64,000 nucleotides of DNA from an uncultured Actinomycetota bacterium (GCA_963769635.1 CAVYMN010000001.1:1676109-1740108), one strand, 5' to 3'. Shown: positions 43,702 to 56,262, counted from the stretch's first letter. Numbers and translations: made by a program. The notes: generated by a model not told the origin, from the sequence alone.

Positions 43702-44269
43702 TCAGACAGCGGGAGGACGCACGGGGTCCGCGAACGACACGCCCGAGCGCCTCGAACCGGGCCTCGAGCGCGTCGACGCCCGCGTCCACCACGAAGGCGT
43801 GCTCGACGGCCGAGATCGGCATCAGCCACAGCACCCGCGCGGTGTTGCGCCGCCACCGGCACCACTCGAGGTTCGGTCCGTACGGGTACGGGACCGTCAC
43901 CAGCAGCCGGTCGCAGCTCGAGCCCGGCGCCCACGGCCGCCCCAGCGGCACGACCCGGCCGCGGTGCAGGCGCTGCGCGGGCGTCCCGCAGTGGTGCGCA
44001 GCAGCCGCGGCGAGCGTCGCCGCGTGACCCAGGTCGGGCTCGCGGGCGGTGAGGACGAACTCGTGCCCGAGCCCGTCGGTCTGCACGGCGTCCCAGCAGC
44101 CGAGGGTGACGTAGGTGACCAGGTCGACCCGGGGGCCCGGCCGGATCTCGAGCAGCTTCAGGCCCGGGACGCGGTCGGCGGAGTCGGCGGGCGGGTCGAG
44201 CTCGAAGATCTCGTGCCCGGCGAAGAAGCCGGTGAAGTGCCGCGCGACGACCTCGGTGGCGCTCTTCAC
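43702..44269 (-). CDS. Suppressor-of-fused (SUFU)-like domain protein; probable frameshift near the 3' end
   Basis: GTG 44269 is in a GTGA overlap with the rlmN stop. The sequence [16 protein letters not shown]...[10 protein letters not shown]...GHEFVL...[24 protein letters not shown]...[16 protein letters not shown] matches the bacterial SUFU-like pattern. The expected ending ADPVRPPAV* (stop 43702) is in another frame from ~43725-43735. Confidence 0.6.
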
Positions 44270-45388
44270 GGGGCGTCCTCCGCCGCCAGCTGCCCGCACG
44301 CGCCGTCGATCTCACGCCCGCGGGTGTCTCGGACGGTGACGCCCACCCCCCGGGCCTCGAGCCGCCGCACGAACTCGCGCTCGTCGCGCGGGCCGCGAGG
44401 CCGTCCACTTCGAGCCCGGGCGTCGGGTTCAGCGGGATGAGGTTGACGTGCACCCAGCCGCCTGTGCCCGCAGCCAGCAGCACCTCCGCCAGGCGGTCGG
44501 CCCGCCAGGCCTGGTCGTTCACGTCCCGGATCAGCGCGTACTCGATCGAGACTCGCCGGCCGGTGGTCGCGGCGTAGGCCCGCGCGGCCGCGACGACCTC
44601 GGCGACGTTCCAGCGCGTGTTCACCGGGACGAGGGTGTCGCGCAACTCGTCGTCGGGCGCGTGCAGCGAGACCGCGAGGGTGACGGCGAGCCCGGTCGCG
44701 GCCAGCTTCCCGATCGCCGGCACCAGCCCGACGGTGGAGACGGTGATCCCGCGCCGGGACAGCCCGAGCCCGTCCGGGACGGCGTCGGTGAGCCGACGCA
44801 GGGCGGTGAGCGGTCGCGTTGTAGTTCGCCAAGCGGCTCGCCCATGCCCATGAACACGACGTTCGAGATCCGACCCGGACCGCCGGCGATCTCCCCCGCG
44901 GCGAGCGCCCGCGCCCCGGCGACGACCTGGTCGACGATCTCGGCGGCCGACATGTTGCGCGTCAGCCCGGCCTGGCCGGTCGCGCAGAACGGGCAGTTCA
45001 TGCCGCAGCCCGCCTGCGAGGACACGCAGAGCGTCACGCGGTCCGGGTAGCGCATGAGGACGCTCTCGACGAGCGCCCCGTCGAACAGCCGCCACAGCGT
45101 CTTGCGGGTCGTCCCGGCGTCGCACTCGAAACTGCGGACCTCGGTGAGCAGTGTCGGCAGCAGCGCCTCCGCGAGCGGGCGGCGACGCTCGGCCGGGATG
45201 TCCGTCCAGCCGGCCGGGTCGGCGCCGAAGCGGGCGAAGTAGTGCCGCGAGAGCTGAGCGGCGCGGAAGGGCTTCTCGCCGACCGCCGCCACCGCCTCGC
45301 GGCGCTCGGCCGGACTGAGGTCGGCGAGATGACGCGGCGGCTTGGCACGGCGCGGCGCGGCAAAGGTAAGTGCTCCTGGGACAGGCAT
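44266..45388 (-). pseudogene. rlmN: 23S rRNA/tRNA adenine-C2 methyltransferase RlmN (radical SAM), four frameshifts as sequenced
   Basis: ATG 45388. The radical-SAM motif [17 protein letters not shown] and GMGEPL lie in track ORF 44621..45580. The sequence then runs ANYNA | [10 protein letters not shown]...[18 protein letters not shown]...[10 protein letters not shown] | SKWTAS | [37 protein letters not shown] across three other frames. Confidence 0.85.
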
Positions 45389-45482
45389 GACCGTTTCATT
45401 CTCGCAGCTGTGCTCCAATGGCCCTTCATGCCAGGTGACCCCAGGGGCGGGGAACCGGCGCGGGGACGAGTGAAGGCAGCGG

Positions 45483-46869
45483 GTGAGAGCGGTCGCAGCG
45501 CAGCGGGCCCGGAAGTCCGTGGGCATCGTCACCGCCGTCGCCGTGCTCGGCGGCGTGCTGCTGAGCGCGGCCGCGACCACCTCACCGCAAGCGCGACGAG
45601 ACCGCCGGCATGCCCGCGAGCGGCGTCCGCCCGAACAAGACGGCCCTGGTCAGCGTCTCGAGCCGCTCCGCCGCCGCGAACGGGGCGAGCGCGTCGTCCG
45701 CGGTCAGCGCCGACGGCCGGTACGTCGCCTTCGTCTCCGCGGCGGCGCAACCTCGTCCCGAAGGACACGAACCGCGCGTCTCGACGTCTTCGTCCGCGAC
45801 CGCAAGCTGGAGCGCGACGACCCGGGTCAGCGTCGGTCCCCGCGGCGTCCAGGCGAACGGCCCCAGCGTCGGCGTCACCATCAGCGGCGACGGCCGCTGG
45901 GTCGCCTACTCCTCGGCCGCGTCCAACCTCGTCGCCGGTGACACGAACCGGATGGCGGACGTGTTCCTCTTCGACCGGGCCAAGTCCCGCACGACCCGGG
46001 TGAGCGTGAGCAAGCGCGGGCTGCAGGCCAACGGCGGCAGCGCGTACCCGTCGCTGAGCCGGGACGGCCGCTGGGTCGCCTTCCAGTCCGGCGCGTCGAA
46101 CCTGATCGCGACCGACACCAACGGCGCCGTCGACGTCTTCCTGCACGGCCGCGACGGCACCACCAAACGCGTGAGTGTCGGCAAGGACGCCACGCAGGGC
46201 AACGGCGCCAGCATCAACGCCGACGGTCAGCGACGACGGCAAGTTCGTGGCGTTCCAGTCCGGCGCGGCGAACCTCGTCGCCAAGGACACGAACGGCGTG
46301 AACGACGTCTTCGTCCGCGACGTCGACGGCAAGAAGACCCGCCGGGTGAGCACCGGCGCGCGCCGCGCCCAGCTCACGGTCGGCTCCGGCAGCCCCGCGA
46401 TCAGCGGCAACGGCCGCTACGTCGCGTTCCACACCTCGGTCGCTGATCGCCGGCAAGCCGGCGCCGCGACGGCGAGGCGTACGGGCAGGTCTACCTCCAC
46501 GACCGGAGCACCGGGCAGACCCGGCTCGTCAGCCGGCCCGTGAGCGGCGGGTTCTCCGGCGGCACGGCCTCGGCGCCGTCGATCAGCCGGGACGGCCGGC
46601 GGGTCGGGTACCTGCTGACGGCGAGCGGTGCGCGCGACGCCGAGCTGTTCGTCCGCGACATGCGCTCCGGGCAGGCGGTGCGGGTGGGCCTCACCCCGGC
46701 GGGCGCCCGCGCCCACGGCCGGGCCGTGGGCGGGGCGTTCAGCGCCGACGGCCGGCACGTCGTGTTCGACTCCCTCGCCGCGGACCTGGTCGGCACCGAC
46801 CGCAACGGTGTGGCGGACACCTTCGTTCGCGACCTGCGCGATTTCGGGGCCGACGCGATACCGTCGTAG
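45483..46869 (+). pseudogene. Secreted PD40/TolB-like beta-propeller repeat protein, about seven frameshifts as sequenced
   Basis: Signal peptide is [31 protein letters not shown]. It is followed by 6-7 modules of RVSV..G.QANG.S..P.IS.DGR.VAF.S.A.NLV..DTN...DVF..D. These can only be read by moving plus-strand frames 0>1>2>0>1>2>0>1 through track ORFs 45483, 45610, 45242, 46175 and 46540. Confidence 0.7.
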
Positions 46870-46946
46870 CCCCGCGACCGGCACCCCGCCAGGGGGCCTG
46901 AAGATCGTTCGCGGGAGTACAGGCACGCCGCCAGGAGGATCCCCGC

Positions 46947-48212
<1,266 letters not shown>

Positions 48213-48244
48213 CCGTCAGGCCGCAAGTTCCAGGCGGACCGCGA

Positions 48245-48264
48245 CGCCGCGAGCGTTCGCGGCG
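48245..48264. terminator. GC-rich hairpin between convergent glyA and the solute-binding protein gene (possible bidirectional terminator)
   Basis: cgccgcga gcgt tcgcggcg forms a perfect 8-bp stem with a 4-nt loop. There is no U-tract. Confidence 0.35.
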
Positions 48265-48270
48265 GAGCCG

Positions 48271-49865
48271 CTATCTATCCGTATAGATGACGAACTGCTT
48301 CTCGTCCGGCTCGAAGCCGGACGGGGAGCCGTTCGGGTTCGAGACCGTGTCCGAGGACGTGTACTTGTACATGAATTCGCGGCCCTGGCCCATCTCTGGG
48401 TCCCAATTGTCGCCGACGCGCTCGGACGGCACGTAGGAGAACTTCTGGTCCAGCGTGACGTCGGACTTCCAGACCGTCCCGTTGGCCAGCGTCGCCGACG
48501 AGGCGGTCGCGGGTCAGGTTCGGACCGACCTGCTTCGCGGCCTCGGCGAGAATCTTGATGCCCGACGTATCCCGCCTGGACGATGTGGTGGTTCGTGCCC
48601 TTGTTGCCGCGCGCGTACTTCGACATGGTCGCCATGAACTCGGAGCCCCACAGCTTGTACGTCGTGTTCGTCCAGTACCGGCCCTCGGGGTGCTTGCCGA
48701 ACAGCGAGCCCAGGACCTCGGCGGCGAGGTGGTTGCCGGAGATGCCCATCGGCGGGTAGTAGCCCTGCTGGGTCGCCTCGAGCATGAATTTGGCCATCGT
48801 GGCGGGGTTGATCACGTAGTGCAGGACGTGGTCCGGGTTGGCCACGCGCATCGCGAGGATCTGAGCCGACATGGACGTCACGGAGATGCCGACGTCGAGC
48901 TTCTTCACCATCGTCAGGCCTGCCGCGTCCAGGACCTTCTGGGCCTGGCCGCACGCGAGCTGCATCTCCGGTGACGTGAGGCAGATCAGGCCGTACGTCT
49001 TCGGCCGGATGGTGTTGCGCACCCAGTTCGCGTTGGCCGTCGCCTCGTGCACCATCGACATGTGGGTGGGGAACATGTACGGGTCCTGCCACTCGGTCTG
49101 CGAGTAGGCCCAGGAGCCGATATAGGGCAGCTTGTACTGGTCGAGGTCCTCGTGGATCGAGGCGGTCGCCCAGTCGTAGCCGGTGATCAGACTGAAGATC
49201 TTGTCTTGGCCGACGAGCTTCTTGATGCACGCCTTGGCCCGGGCGACCTCGCCCTGGCCGTCGTCGCAATCCACGAGCGACAGCCGCCGGCCGAGGATGC
49301 CACCGCGGTCGTTGATCGAGGTCAGCGTCGCGAGATTGCCACGAACCTGCGGGGTCACCAGGACGTTGCCCAGGGGCATGCTGTGCATGTTGATCGAGCC
49401 GAGCTTGATCCCGGACTTGGTGACGCCGACGTCGGTCGCGCCGCCGGAGGACTCGTAGGCCTCTCGGTCCTCCGCGGCCTGGGCCACCGCCTCGACGGTC
49501 GCCGCGCGCGCCCGGGCCTCCGCCTGGGCCAGCGCTTCGGCCTTGCGGGTCGTGAAAGGCCGCTTGTCGGCCGGGTCGTTGACCGGGACGTCGGCGGGGG
49601 CCGCGGCCGGTGCCGCGCCGGGAGCGTCCGGAACGCTGGCCTTGGGAGCCTGGGGCGCCGTTGCCCCGGCGCTGCCGGTGGCCGCCGCGTTAGCGGGCGC
49701 CGCCGCGACGTTCTCGGGACTGTGCGCCACCTGCTCGTGGGCAGGGCCCGCCCCGGCGCCGACGGCAACCTGCTGGTCGCCGCTGCTACCGCAGGCGGAG
49801 GCGAGCAGGAGCGTTGAAGCCAGCACGGGTGCGAACCGTACGACCGAACGGCATCTTTGGTTCAC
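48271..49865 (-). pseudogene. Lipoprotein ABC-transporter substrate-binding protein (type I, Leu/Ile/Val-binding-like), two frameshifts near the 3' end as sequenced
   Basis: GTG 49865, lipobox LLLASAC and a long Ala/Pro linker. The PBP1-like body is SINDRGGILGRRLSLVDCDDGQG...KKLVGQDKIFSLITG. After ...HHIVQAGYVG the sequence continues as IKILAEAAKQVGPNLTRDRLV and then TLANGTVWKSD...EKQFVIYTDR* in two other frames, with breaks at ~48560-48566 and ~48490-48497. No permease or ATPase genes are adjacent. Confidence 0.7.
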
Positions 49866-49898
49866 AGGTGAACCCCTCTACACGGGACACGAGTGACT

Positions 49899-50765
49899 TT
49901 ACCCGGGTGGGGCGAAAGCGGACAGAAGTAGCCACATCACCGGCGCGGTGACCAGCAGCGAATCCAGCCGGTCCATTAGCCCGCCGTGGCCCGGCAGGAG
50001 CGTCCCCATGTCCTTCACGCCGATGTCGCGCTTGAGGATGGACTCCCCCAGGTCACCGACCGTAGCGGCAACGGCGGCGGCAGCGCCGATCACCAGGCCC
50101 TTCCACCAGGCCTCGTCGAAGAACACCGCCAGGCAGACCGCACCGGCTGCCATGCAGGTCAGGACGGAGCCGACGAAGCCCTCCCAGGATTTCTTCGGGC
50201 TGACGGTGGGGCACATCGGGTGCTTGCCGAGCTTCGCCCCCGTGCAGTAGCCGCCCACGTCGTTGCAGACCGTGAGCAGGACGTAGGTCGCGACCCGCTT
50301 CGCCCCGTCCTCCGGCGCGTCGAGCAGGACGGCGAAGCCGGCGAGGAACGGGGCGTAGACCGTCGTGAACAAACCCGCGGTCACATCGCGGACGTAACCG
50401 TCCGGGCCGTCCGTCAGCCGCCAGACCACCACGCCCAGCATCGTCAGCGCGGCACCGACCACCAAGGCCTCGGTACCGCCGTCGTACGCCGCGACGAGCA
50501 TCGCCACCGCGCCGATCGAGATCGGCACAACCGGCGGCCGGATGCCGCGCGTGCCGAGCGCCCCGGCGAGCTCCCGGATGCCCACCAGCATCGCCAGGGC
50601 CACGAGGCCGACGAACACGGCGCGCTCGATGGCCAGCGACAGGACCACGGCCGAGCCCATCGCGACCCCGACACCGATCGCGGCCGGCAGGTCCCGCCCG
50701 CCCTTCTTGGCGGGCGGCGGCGACGCGGCCGGAGCCGGCGGCTGCGGCGGGACCTCCGCGCTCAT
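49899..50765 (-). CDS. cdsA: Phosphatidate cytidylyltransferase
   Basis: 288-aa multi-pass membrane ORF with the CTP-transferase signature SILKRDIGVKDMGTLLPGHGGLMDRLDS. Confidence 0.93.
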   Translation of the reverse strand: MSAEVPPQPPAPAASPPPAKKGGRDLPAAIGVGVAMGSAVVLSLAIERAVFVGLVALAMLVGIRELAGALGTRGIRPPVVPISIGAVAMLVAAYDGGTEALVVGAALTMLGVVVWRLTDGPDGYVRDVTAGLFTTVYAPFLAGFAVLLDAPEDGAKRVATYVLLTVCNDVGGYCTGAKLGKHPMCPTVSPKKSWEGFVGSVLTCMAAGAVCLAVFFDEAWWKGLVIGAAAAVAATVGDLGESILKRDIGVKDMGTLLPGHGGLMDRLDSLLVTAPVMWLLLSAFAPPG

Positions 50766-50792
50766 GGTGTTCGCCCCCGCCGTCGCGTGTCC

Positions 50793-51350
50793 CTAGACCT
50801 CGAGGAGTTCGGCTTCCTTGTGCTTGAGCAGGTCGTCGATCGCGACGACGTTCCGGTGCGTCGCGTCCTCGAGGTGCTTCTCGCCGCGCCGCACGTCGTC
50901 CTCACCCGCGTCGCCGTCCTTGATCAGCTTCTCCAGCGCGTCCTTCGCATGGCGGCGGATGTTCCGGACCGAGATCCGCGCGTCCTCGGCCTTGGTACGC
51001 GCGACCTTGATGAACTCCTTGCGGCGCTCCTGGGTCAGCTGCGGGAAGACGATGCGGATGATGTTGCCGTCGTTGTTCGGGTTCACCCCGAGGTCGGAGT
51101 CGCGGATCGCCTTCTCGATCGCGCTCATCGAGCTCTTGTCGTACGGAGTCACGATGACCATGCGAGCCTCGGGCGTGGCGAAGGACGCGAGTTGGTTCAC
51201 CGGAGTCGGTGACCCGTAGTAGTCCACGACGATCTTGTTGAACATCGCCGGGTTGGCACGGCCCGTCCGGATCGCGCTGAAGTCGTCCTTGGCGACCTCG
51301 ACGGCCTTCTCCATCTTCTCCTCGGCTTCGAGAAGGATGTCGTCGATCAT
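50793..51350 (-). CDS. frr: Ribosome recycling factor
   Basis: 185-aa ORF: [29 protein letters not shown]...[14 protein letters not shown]. Confidence 0.95.
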   Translation of the reverse strand: MIDDILLEAEEKMEKAVEVAKDDFSAIRTGRANPAMFNKIVVDYYGSPTPVNQLASFATPEARMVIVTPYDKSSMSAIEKAIRDSDLGVNPNNDGNIIRIVFPQLTQERRKEFIKVARTKAEDARISVRNIRRHAKDALEKLIKDGDAGEDDVRRGEKHLEDATHRNVVAIDDLLKHKEAELLEV

Positions 51351-51404
51351 GGTCGGCTCCTCGCTGAACGGGGTCTCGTCTCGTGCGACGTACGGGATGC
51401 TGCG

Positions 51405-51438
51405 GGGTCGGTCGGGTAGGGTCGGTCGGGTGGGTCGG

Positions 51439-51440
<2 letters not shown>
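51405..51440. repeat. 13/14-bp tandem repeat x3 (GGGTCGGTC cores) in the pyrH-frr spacer
   Basis: gggtcggtc occurs at 51405-51413, 51419-51427 and 51432-51440. On the minus-strand mRNA this reads as repeated GACCGACCC. Confidence 0.8.
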
Positions 51441-52212
<772 letters not shown>

Positions 52213-52245
52213 TCAATCTCGCGAGCTGGTCAATACGTGCCGTGC

Positions 52246-52271
52246 GGGTGGGCCGAGGAACCGGCCCACCC
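52246..52271 (-). terminator. Perfect 10-bp GC stem-loop between tsf and pyrH (attenuator, terminator or processing site)
   Basis: gggtgggccg aggaac cggcccaccc. It lies 13 nt downstream of the tsf stop and has no U-tract. Confidence 0.4.
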
Positions 52272-52283
52272 GGGGGCAGTCTG

Positions 52284-53105
52284 TCAGCCCGCGCCGATCT
52301 CGAACCGCGCGAATGCCGTCACCGTGACCCCGGCCTCGTCCAGCAGGGCCTTCACGGTCTTCTTGCTGTCCTGCACCGACGACTGCTCGCCCAGGACGAC
52401 GTCTTTGTAGAAGCCCGTCAGGCGGCCTTCGACGATGCGGGCGATCGCCTGCTCCGGCTTGCCCTCCTCGCGGGCGGTGGCCTCGGCGATGCGGCGCTCA
52501 CTCTCGAGCGTCTCGGCCGGGATCGCCTCGCGCGACACGAACTGCGCCTTCATCGCGGCGACCTGCATCGCGGCGCCGCGGGCGGCGGACACGTCGTCGC
52601 CGGTGAACTCGACGAGAACACCGACCTGCGCAGGCAGGTCCGGGCTGCGGCGGTGCATGTACGCCGCGACCGTGCCGGGGAACTTCACCACGCGTCCCAG
52701 CTCGAGCTTCTCGCCGATGACCGCGGCGACGGCGTCGATGCTCTCCTTGACCGTCCGGCCGTCGGCCAGGCTCGCGTCCAGGAGGGCCTCGCGGTCGGCG
52801 ACCTCGGAGCCGGCCAGGTGGGCGACGATGTCGGCGGCGAGCTGCTGGAACTGCTCGTTCTTCGCGACGAAGTCGGTCTCGCAGTTGAGCTCGATCATCG
52901 CCTTGTCGGCGGCGGCGACGAGCCCGTTGCTGGCGGTGCGCTCGGCGCCGCGCTTCGCGGCCTTGGCCTGGCCCTTGATGCGCAGGGCCTCGATGGCCGC
53001 GTCGAGGTCGCCCTCGGAGTCCTGGAGTGCCTTCTTGCAGTCCATCATCCCGGCGCCGGTGAGCTCGCGGAGCTTCTTCACGTCCGCGGCGGTGAAGTCA
53101 GCCAT
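52284..53105 (-). CDS. tsf: Elongation factor Ts
   Basis: 273-aa ORF with the N-terminal UBA-like [34 protein letters not shown]. Confidence 0.95.
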   Translation of the reverse strand: MADFTAADVKKLRELTGAGMMDCKKALQDSEGDLDAAIEALRIKGQAKAAKRGAERTASNGLVAAADKAMIELNCETDFVAKNEQFQQLAADIVAHLAGSEVADREALLDASLADGRTVKESIDAVAAVIGEKLELGRVVKFPGTVAAYMHRRSPDLPAQVGVLVEFTGDDVSAARGAAMQVAAMKAQFVSREAIPAETLESERRIAEATAREEGKPEQAIARIVEGRLTGFYKDVVLGEQSSVQDSKKTVKALLDEAGVTVTAFARFEIGAG

Positions 53106-53171
53106 GGTGTTGGGCCGTCCGTTTCTGTCTCGATCACGTACACGTGTGTGGTGCCCCCAGGGGGCGTCCCG

Positions 53172-53203
53172 GTCGTGGACCTGCCCGAAGGCAGGCCCAC
53201 GAC
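53172..53203 (-). terminator. 14-bp stem with C(UUCG)G tetraloop between rpsB and tsf
   Basis: On the minus-strand RNA it reads GUCGUGGGCCUGCC UUCG GGCAGGUCCACGAC. The only non-Watson-Crick position is a G-U wobble on this strand and an A/C mismatch on the other, so it is strand-specific. Confidence 0.45.
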
Positions 53204-53219
53204 AGCAAGAGCCGGGGGC

Positions 53220-54176
53220 TCAGGCCTCCGGTGCGGCTGCCTCGTCGGCAGCGGCCTCGGCAGCCGGCGCCTCTTCTGCAGGGGCCTCGGCGGCAGGGAC
53301 CTCGGCAGTGGCCTCGGCGGCCGGTGCCTCGGCGGCCGGTGCCTCGGCGGCCGGTGCCTCGGCAGGGGCCGCGGCGGGCGCCGGGGTGGCGGCCGCGTCG
53401 TGCGACTGGAGCAGCTCGCGCTCCCACTCGGCCAGCGGCTCGGCCGCGGCACCGCCGGCGGCCTTGTCGTCACCGCGGGAGGCGCCGGCGCGGGCGATCA
53501 GTCCGTCGGCCACGGCGTCGGCGACGACGCGGGTCAGCAGGCTGATCGAGCGGATGGCGTCGTCGTTGCCGGGGATCTTGAAGTCGACCTCGTCGGGGTC
53601 GCAGTTCGTGTCGAGGATCGCGACCACGGGGATCCGCAGCTTGCGAGCCTCGCCGACCGCGATGTGCTCCTTCTTGGTGTCGACGATCCAGACGGCGCTC
53701 GGGATCTTGGTCATGTCCCGGATCCCGCCGAGGGTCTTGTCGAGCTTGTCCTTCTCGCGCTTGAGGAAGAGCAGCTCCTTCTTCGTCATGCCCGAACCGG
53801 CCACGTCGTCGAAGTCGAGCTCCTCGAGCTCCTTGAGGCGCTGCAGGCGCTTGTAGACGGTGGAGAAGTTCGTCAGCATCCCGCCGAGCCAGCGCTGGTT
53901 CACGTACGGCATGCCGACCCGGGTCGCCTGCTCGGCGATCGCTTCCTGGGCCTGCTTCTTGGTGCCGATGAACATCACCGAGCCGCCGTGCGCGACAGTG
54001 GCCTTGACGAACTCGAACGCGCGGTCGATGTAGGACAGCGACTGCTGCAGGTCGATGATGTAGATGCCATTGCGCTCGGTGAAGATGTAGCGCTTCATCT
54101 TGGGGTTCCAGCGGCGAGTCTGGTGCCCGAAGTGGACACCGCTCTCGAGCAGCTGGCGCATCGTGACGACGGCCAT
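53220..54176 (-). CDS. rpsB: 30S ribosomal protein S2, with Ala/Glu/Pro-rich C-terminal tail
   Basis: Last 318 aa of chimeric track ORF 53220..55361, from ATG 54176 ([32 protein letters not shown]). Confidence 0.95.
   Translation of the reverse strand: MAVVTMRQLLESGVHFGHQTRRWNPKMKRYIFTERNGIYIIDLQQSLSYIDRAFEFVKATVAHGGSVMFIGTKKQAQEAIAEQATRVGMPYVNQRWLGGMLTNFSTVYKRLQRLKELEELDFDDVAGSGMTKKELLFLKREKDKLDKTLGGIRDMTKIPSAVWIVDTKKEHIAVGEARKLRIPVVAILDTNCDPDEVDFKIPGNDDAIRSISLLTRVVADAVADGLIARAGASRGDDKAAGGAAAEPLAEWERELLQSHDAAATPAPAAAPAEAPAAEAPAAEAPAAEATAEVPAAEAPAEEAPAAEAAADEAAAPEA
53311..53365. repeat. 15-bp tandem repeat x3.5 (gcctcggcggccggt) encoding the (APAAE)n tail of S2
   Basis: Units at 53311, 53326 and 53341, plus a partial fourth copy. 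Confidence 0.85.
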
Positions 54177-54572
54177 GGGTGGTTCTCTCCTGTGGTGCCC
54201 GGGCGCGGTGCCCGAGCCTTCTCGGTTCCGTGCGGCGGCCGGTCGGCCGTCGCTCTGACGCCCGGACGCACCCGTGCGGCTGCCTGACGACAGCCGACCG
54301 AATGGGCGCTGGCGGCGACCTGCGCGAAACGACCGCGCGAGGACACCGGGGGGCGTGCGAAGTACGGCCCGTTGCCGGGCCGCCGGGGGGCAGTCTACGC
54401 CACCGCGCGGATCACCCCGGCCACCGCCGGGCGGCACCCGCACCTGCGAAGGGCCACGCGAACGGTGGCGCGGCCGGCCGGCCGGAGCACGCGGAGCCCA
54501 CAGGGCCCGGTCGACGCCAAGTTGTCCACAGGCGGACCGCCGCAGGCGCGCTCGGCGCCCGGCGCGGCCACG

Positions 54573-55372
54573 ATGTCGATCATGGTTGCTGACAACCGCC
54601 GCCGGCGACGCCGGTCGCGACCCTCCCGGCTGGCGCTCACCGCCCTCATGCTCTGCGGGCTGACGCTTCTCGCCGGTGCCGTCCTGCTGGCGGCGGCCGC
54701 GGCGTTCCCGGGCGGGCTCCCGGCGTCCACCCTCACCGCCGTGCCGGTCGCCGCGCAGTCCCCCGCCCCGGGGCCGGGGCGGGGCGCGGTGGAGGGGACG
54801 CCGGGCGAACGGCCGGTCGCGCGCGACCGGGCCGCCCACTCGGTCCGGGCCGCCCGGCCCACCCCGCCCGGCGGCGGCGCCGGCCGTGGGCAGGCTCGGT
54901 CGCCGGGCTCGGCAACAGCCCCGGAGGACGACCCCGGGACCGGGTGGGTGTCTCCGCTGGGCGGGGGCGTCGAGGTTCTGCGCGGGTTCGAGGCGCCGGC
55001 GAGCGAGTGGGGGCGCGGGCATCGGGGCGTCGACCTGGCCGCGGCGGCGGGGGACGTCGTCCGCGCGGCCGGCCCGGGCGTCGTCAGCTGGGCCGGGAAG
55101 GTCGCGGGCAGAGGCGTCGTCACCGTGACCCACGACGGCGGGCTGCGCACGACGTACGAGCCAATCTCCGCGGACGTCCGCGTCGGCACGCCGAGTCGCG
55201 GCCGGCGACGCGCTCGGGACGCTGGAGCCAGGGGCGGGCCACTGCGGCGGGCGCGACTGCCTGCACTGGGGCCTGCGGCACGGGCACGAGCTACCTCGAC
55301 CCGCTCGCCCTGTTCCGCCGCGGCCCCGCAGTCCTGCTGCCGTTCTGGTCTCTTCCCCCACCCGGCCCCTAG
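54573..55372 (+). pseudogene. M23 family metallopeptidase (membrane-anchored), two frameshifts as sequenced
   Basis: ATG 54573, with an Arg-rich N-terminus plus TM helix. M23 core is [53 protein letters not shown]. The sequence then runs [30 protein letters not shown] and [19 protein letters not shown] in the next two frames, with breaks at ~55191-55196 and ~55284-55292. Confidence 0.8.
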
Positions 55373-55406
55373 GCGGCGGCCCCTGGGCGGCAGCCTCTCG
55401 CGAAGC

Positions 55407-56262
55407 TCAGGCGTGCGGCTCGGCGAGCTTCGCCCGGAGGGCGAGCATGACCTTCGTATGAATCTGGGAGACCCGGCTCTCGGAGACGCCGAGCTCCCGG
55501 CCGATGTCGGCGAGGGTCCGGCTGTGGAAGTAGTAGAGCGTGACGACGGCGCGCTCGCGTTCGGGCAGGTCGGCGACGGCGTCCGCGAGGAGCTGTTTCG
55601 TCTCCTGCGACTCGAAGATCGCGACGGGGTCCTCGGCGCCGGCGTCCTCGAGCGTCTCGCCGAGGCTCATCGCGCCGGGCCGGTCGCTGGTCGCGCTCGA
55701 GGAGCTCGTCGAGGGCCAGGACGTTGACGACCGACAGCTGGCTGAAGATCTGGTGCAGGTCGGCGAGCGGGACGTCGAGCTCCGCGGCCAGCTCGGCCTC
55801 GGTCGGGGTGCGTCGAAGGCGCGCCTCCAGGCTGGAGTACGCCCGCTCGACGGCGCGAGCTTTCGCCCGGACGGAGCGCGGGATCCAGTCGAGGGCCCGC
55901 AGCTCGTCGAGGATCGCCCCGCGGATGCGGCGCATCGCGTACGGCTCGAACCGGATGCCCCGCGCGGGGTCGAACTTGTCGATCGCGTCGATGAGGCCGA
56001 AGATGCCGTACGAGACGCAGTCGCCCGCGTCCACGTTCGGCGGGAGGCCGACCCGGACGCGGTTCGCGACATGCTTGACCAGCGGCGAGTAGTGCAGGAT
56101 GAGCGGCTCGCGCTGCGCGTCCGTGCCGCCGGCCTTGTACGCGCGCCACAACGCCTCGACGGCGGCGTCTTCCCCGCCCTGCGACGGGAGTCGGAAACTC
56201 TCGGGAGACGGCCCGCACAGTTCGAGCGCGGACGCGTCAAGCCCGGGGGTGCGCTCGCTCAT
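55407..56262 (-). pseudogene. whiG: FliA/WhiG-family RNA polymerase sigma factor, one frameshift as sequenced
   Basis: Regions 2-3 lie in track ORF 55369..56262 ([39 protein letters not shown]). Region 4 lies in track ORF 55407..56240 ([40 protein letters not shown]). The break is at ~55690-55697. Confidence 0.85.

Noticed and set aside
46870-46946. Riboswitch (ZTP/pfl or THF type) in the glyA leader
   Set aside because: The leader is only 77 nt. I could not find the conserved ZTP or THF core sequences; ccgccagga resembles CCGCCUGGG only superficially.
48271-48290. Imperfect palindrome ATCTATCCGTATAGAT at the 3' end of the solute-binding protein gene as an operator
   Set aside because: It lies inside the restored coding sequence (…VIYTDR*), has two central mismatches and occurs once. 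It is most simply explained as coding sequence.
54522-54530. Perfect DnaA box TTGTCCACA in the 395-nt rpsB/M23 divergent intergenic region, as a possible oriC or DnaA-regulated promoter
   Set aside because: It is a single box, and about 0.5 occurrences are expected by chance in 64 kb on both strands. There is no cluster, no AT-rich unwinding element and no dnaA/dnaN neighbourhood.
53220-55361. 713-aa minus-strand ORF, with similar chimeric ORFs at 3241..4563, 28035..29252, 29865..32234, 30611..32914, 32359..33243 and 43038..45125
   Set aside because: Only the C-terminal portions correspond to real genes (rpsB, the HTH protein, rimP, the HAD hydrolase, proS, the membrane protein, and fragments of rlmN and prpE). 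The upstream parts are Arg-rich read-through lacking homology features, so the starts were moved to internal start codons.
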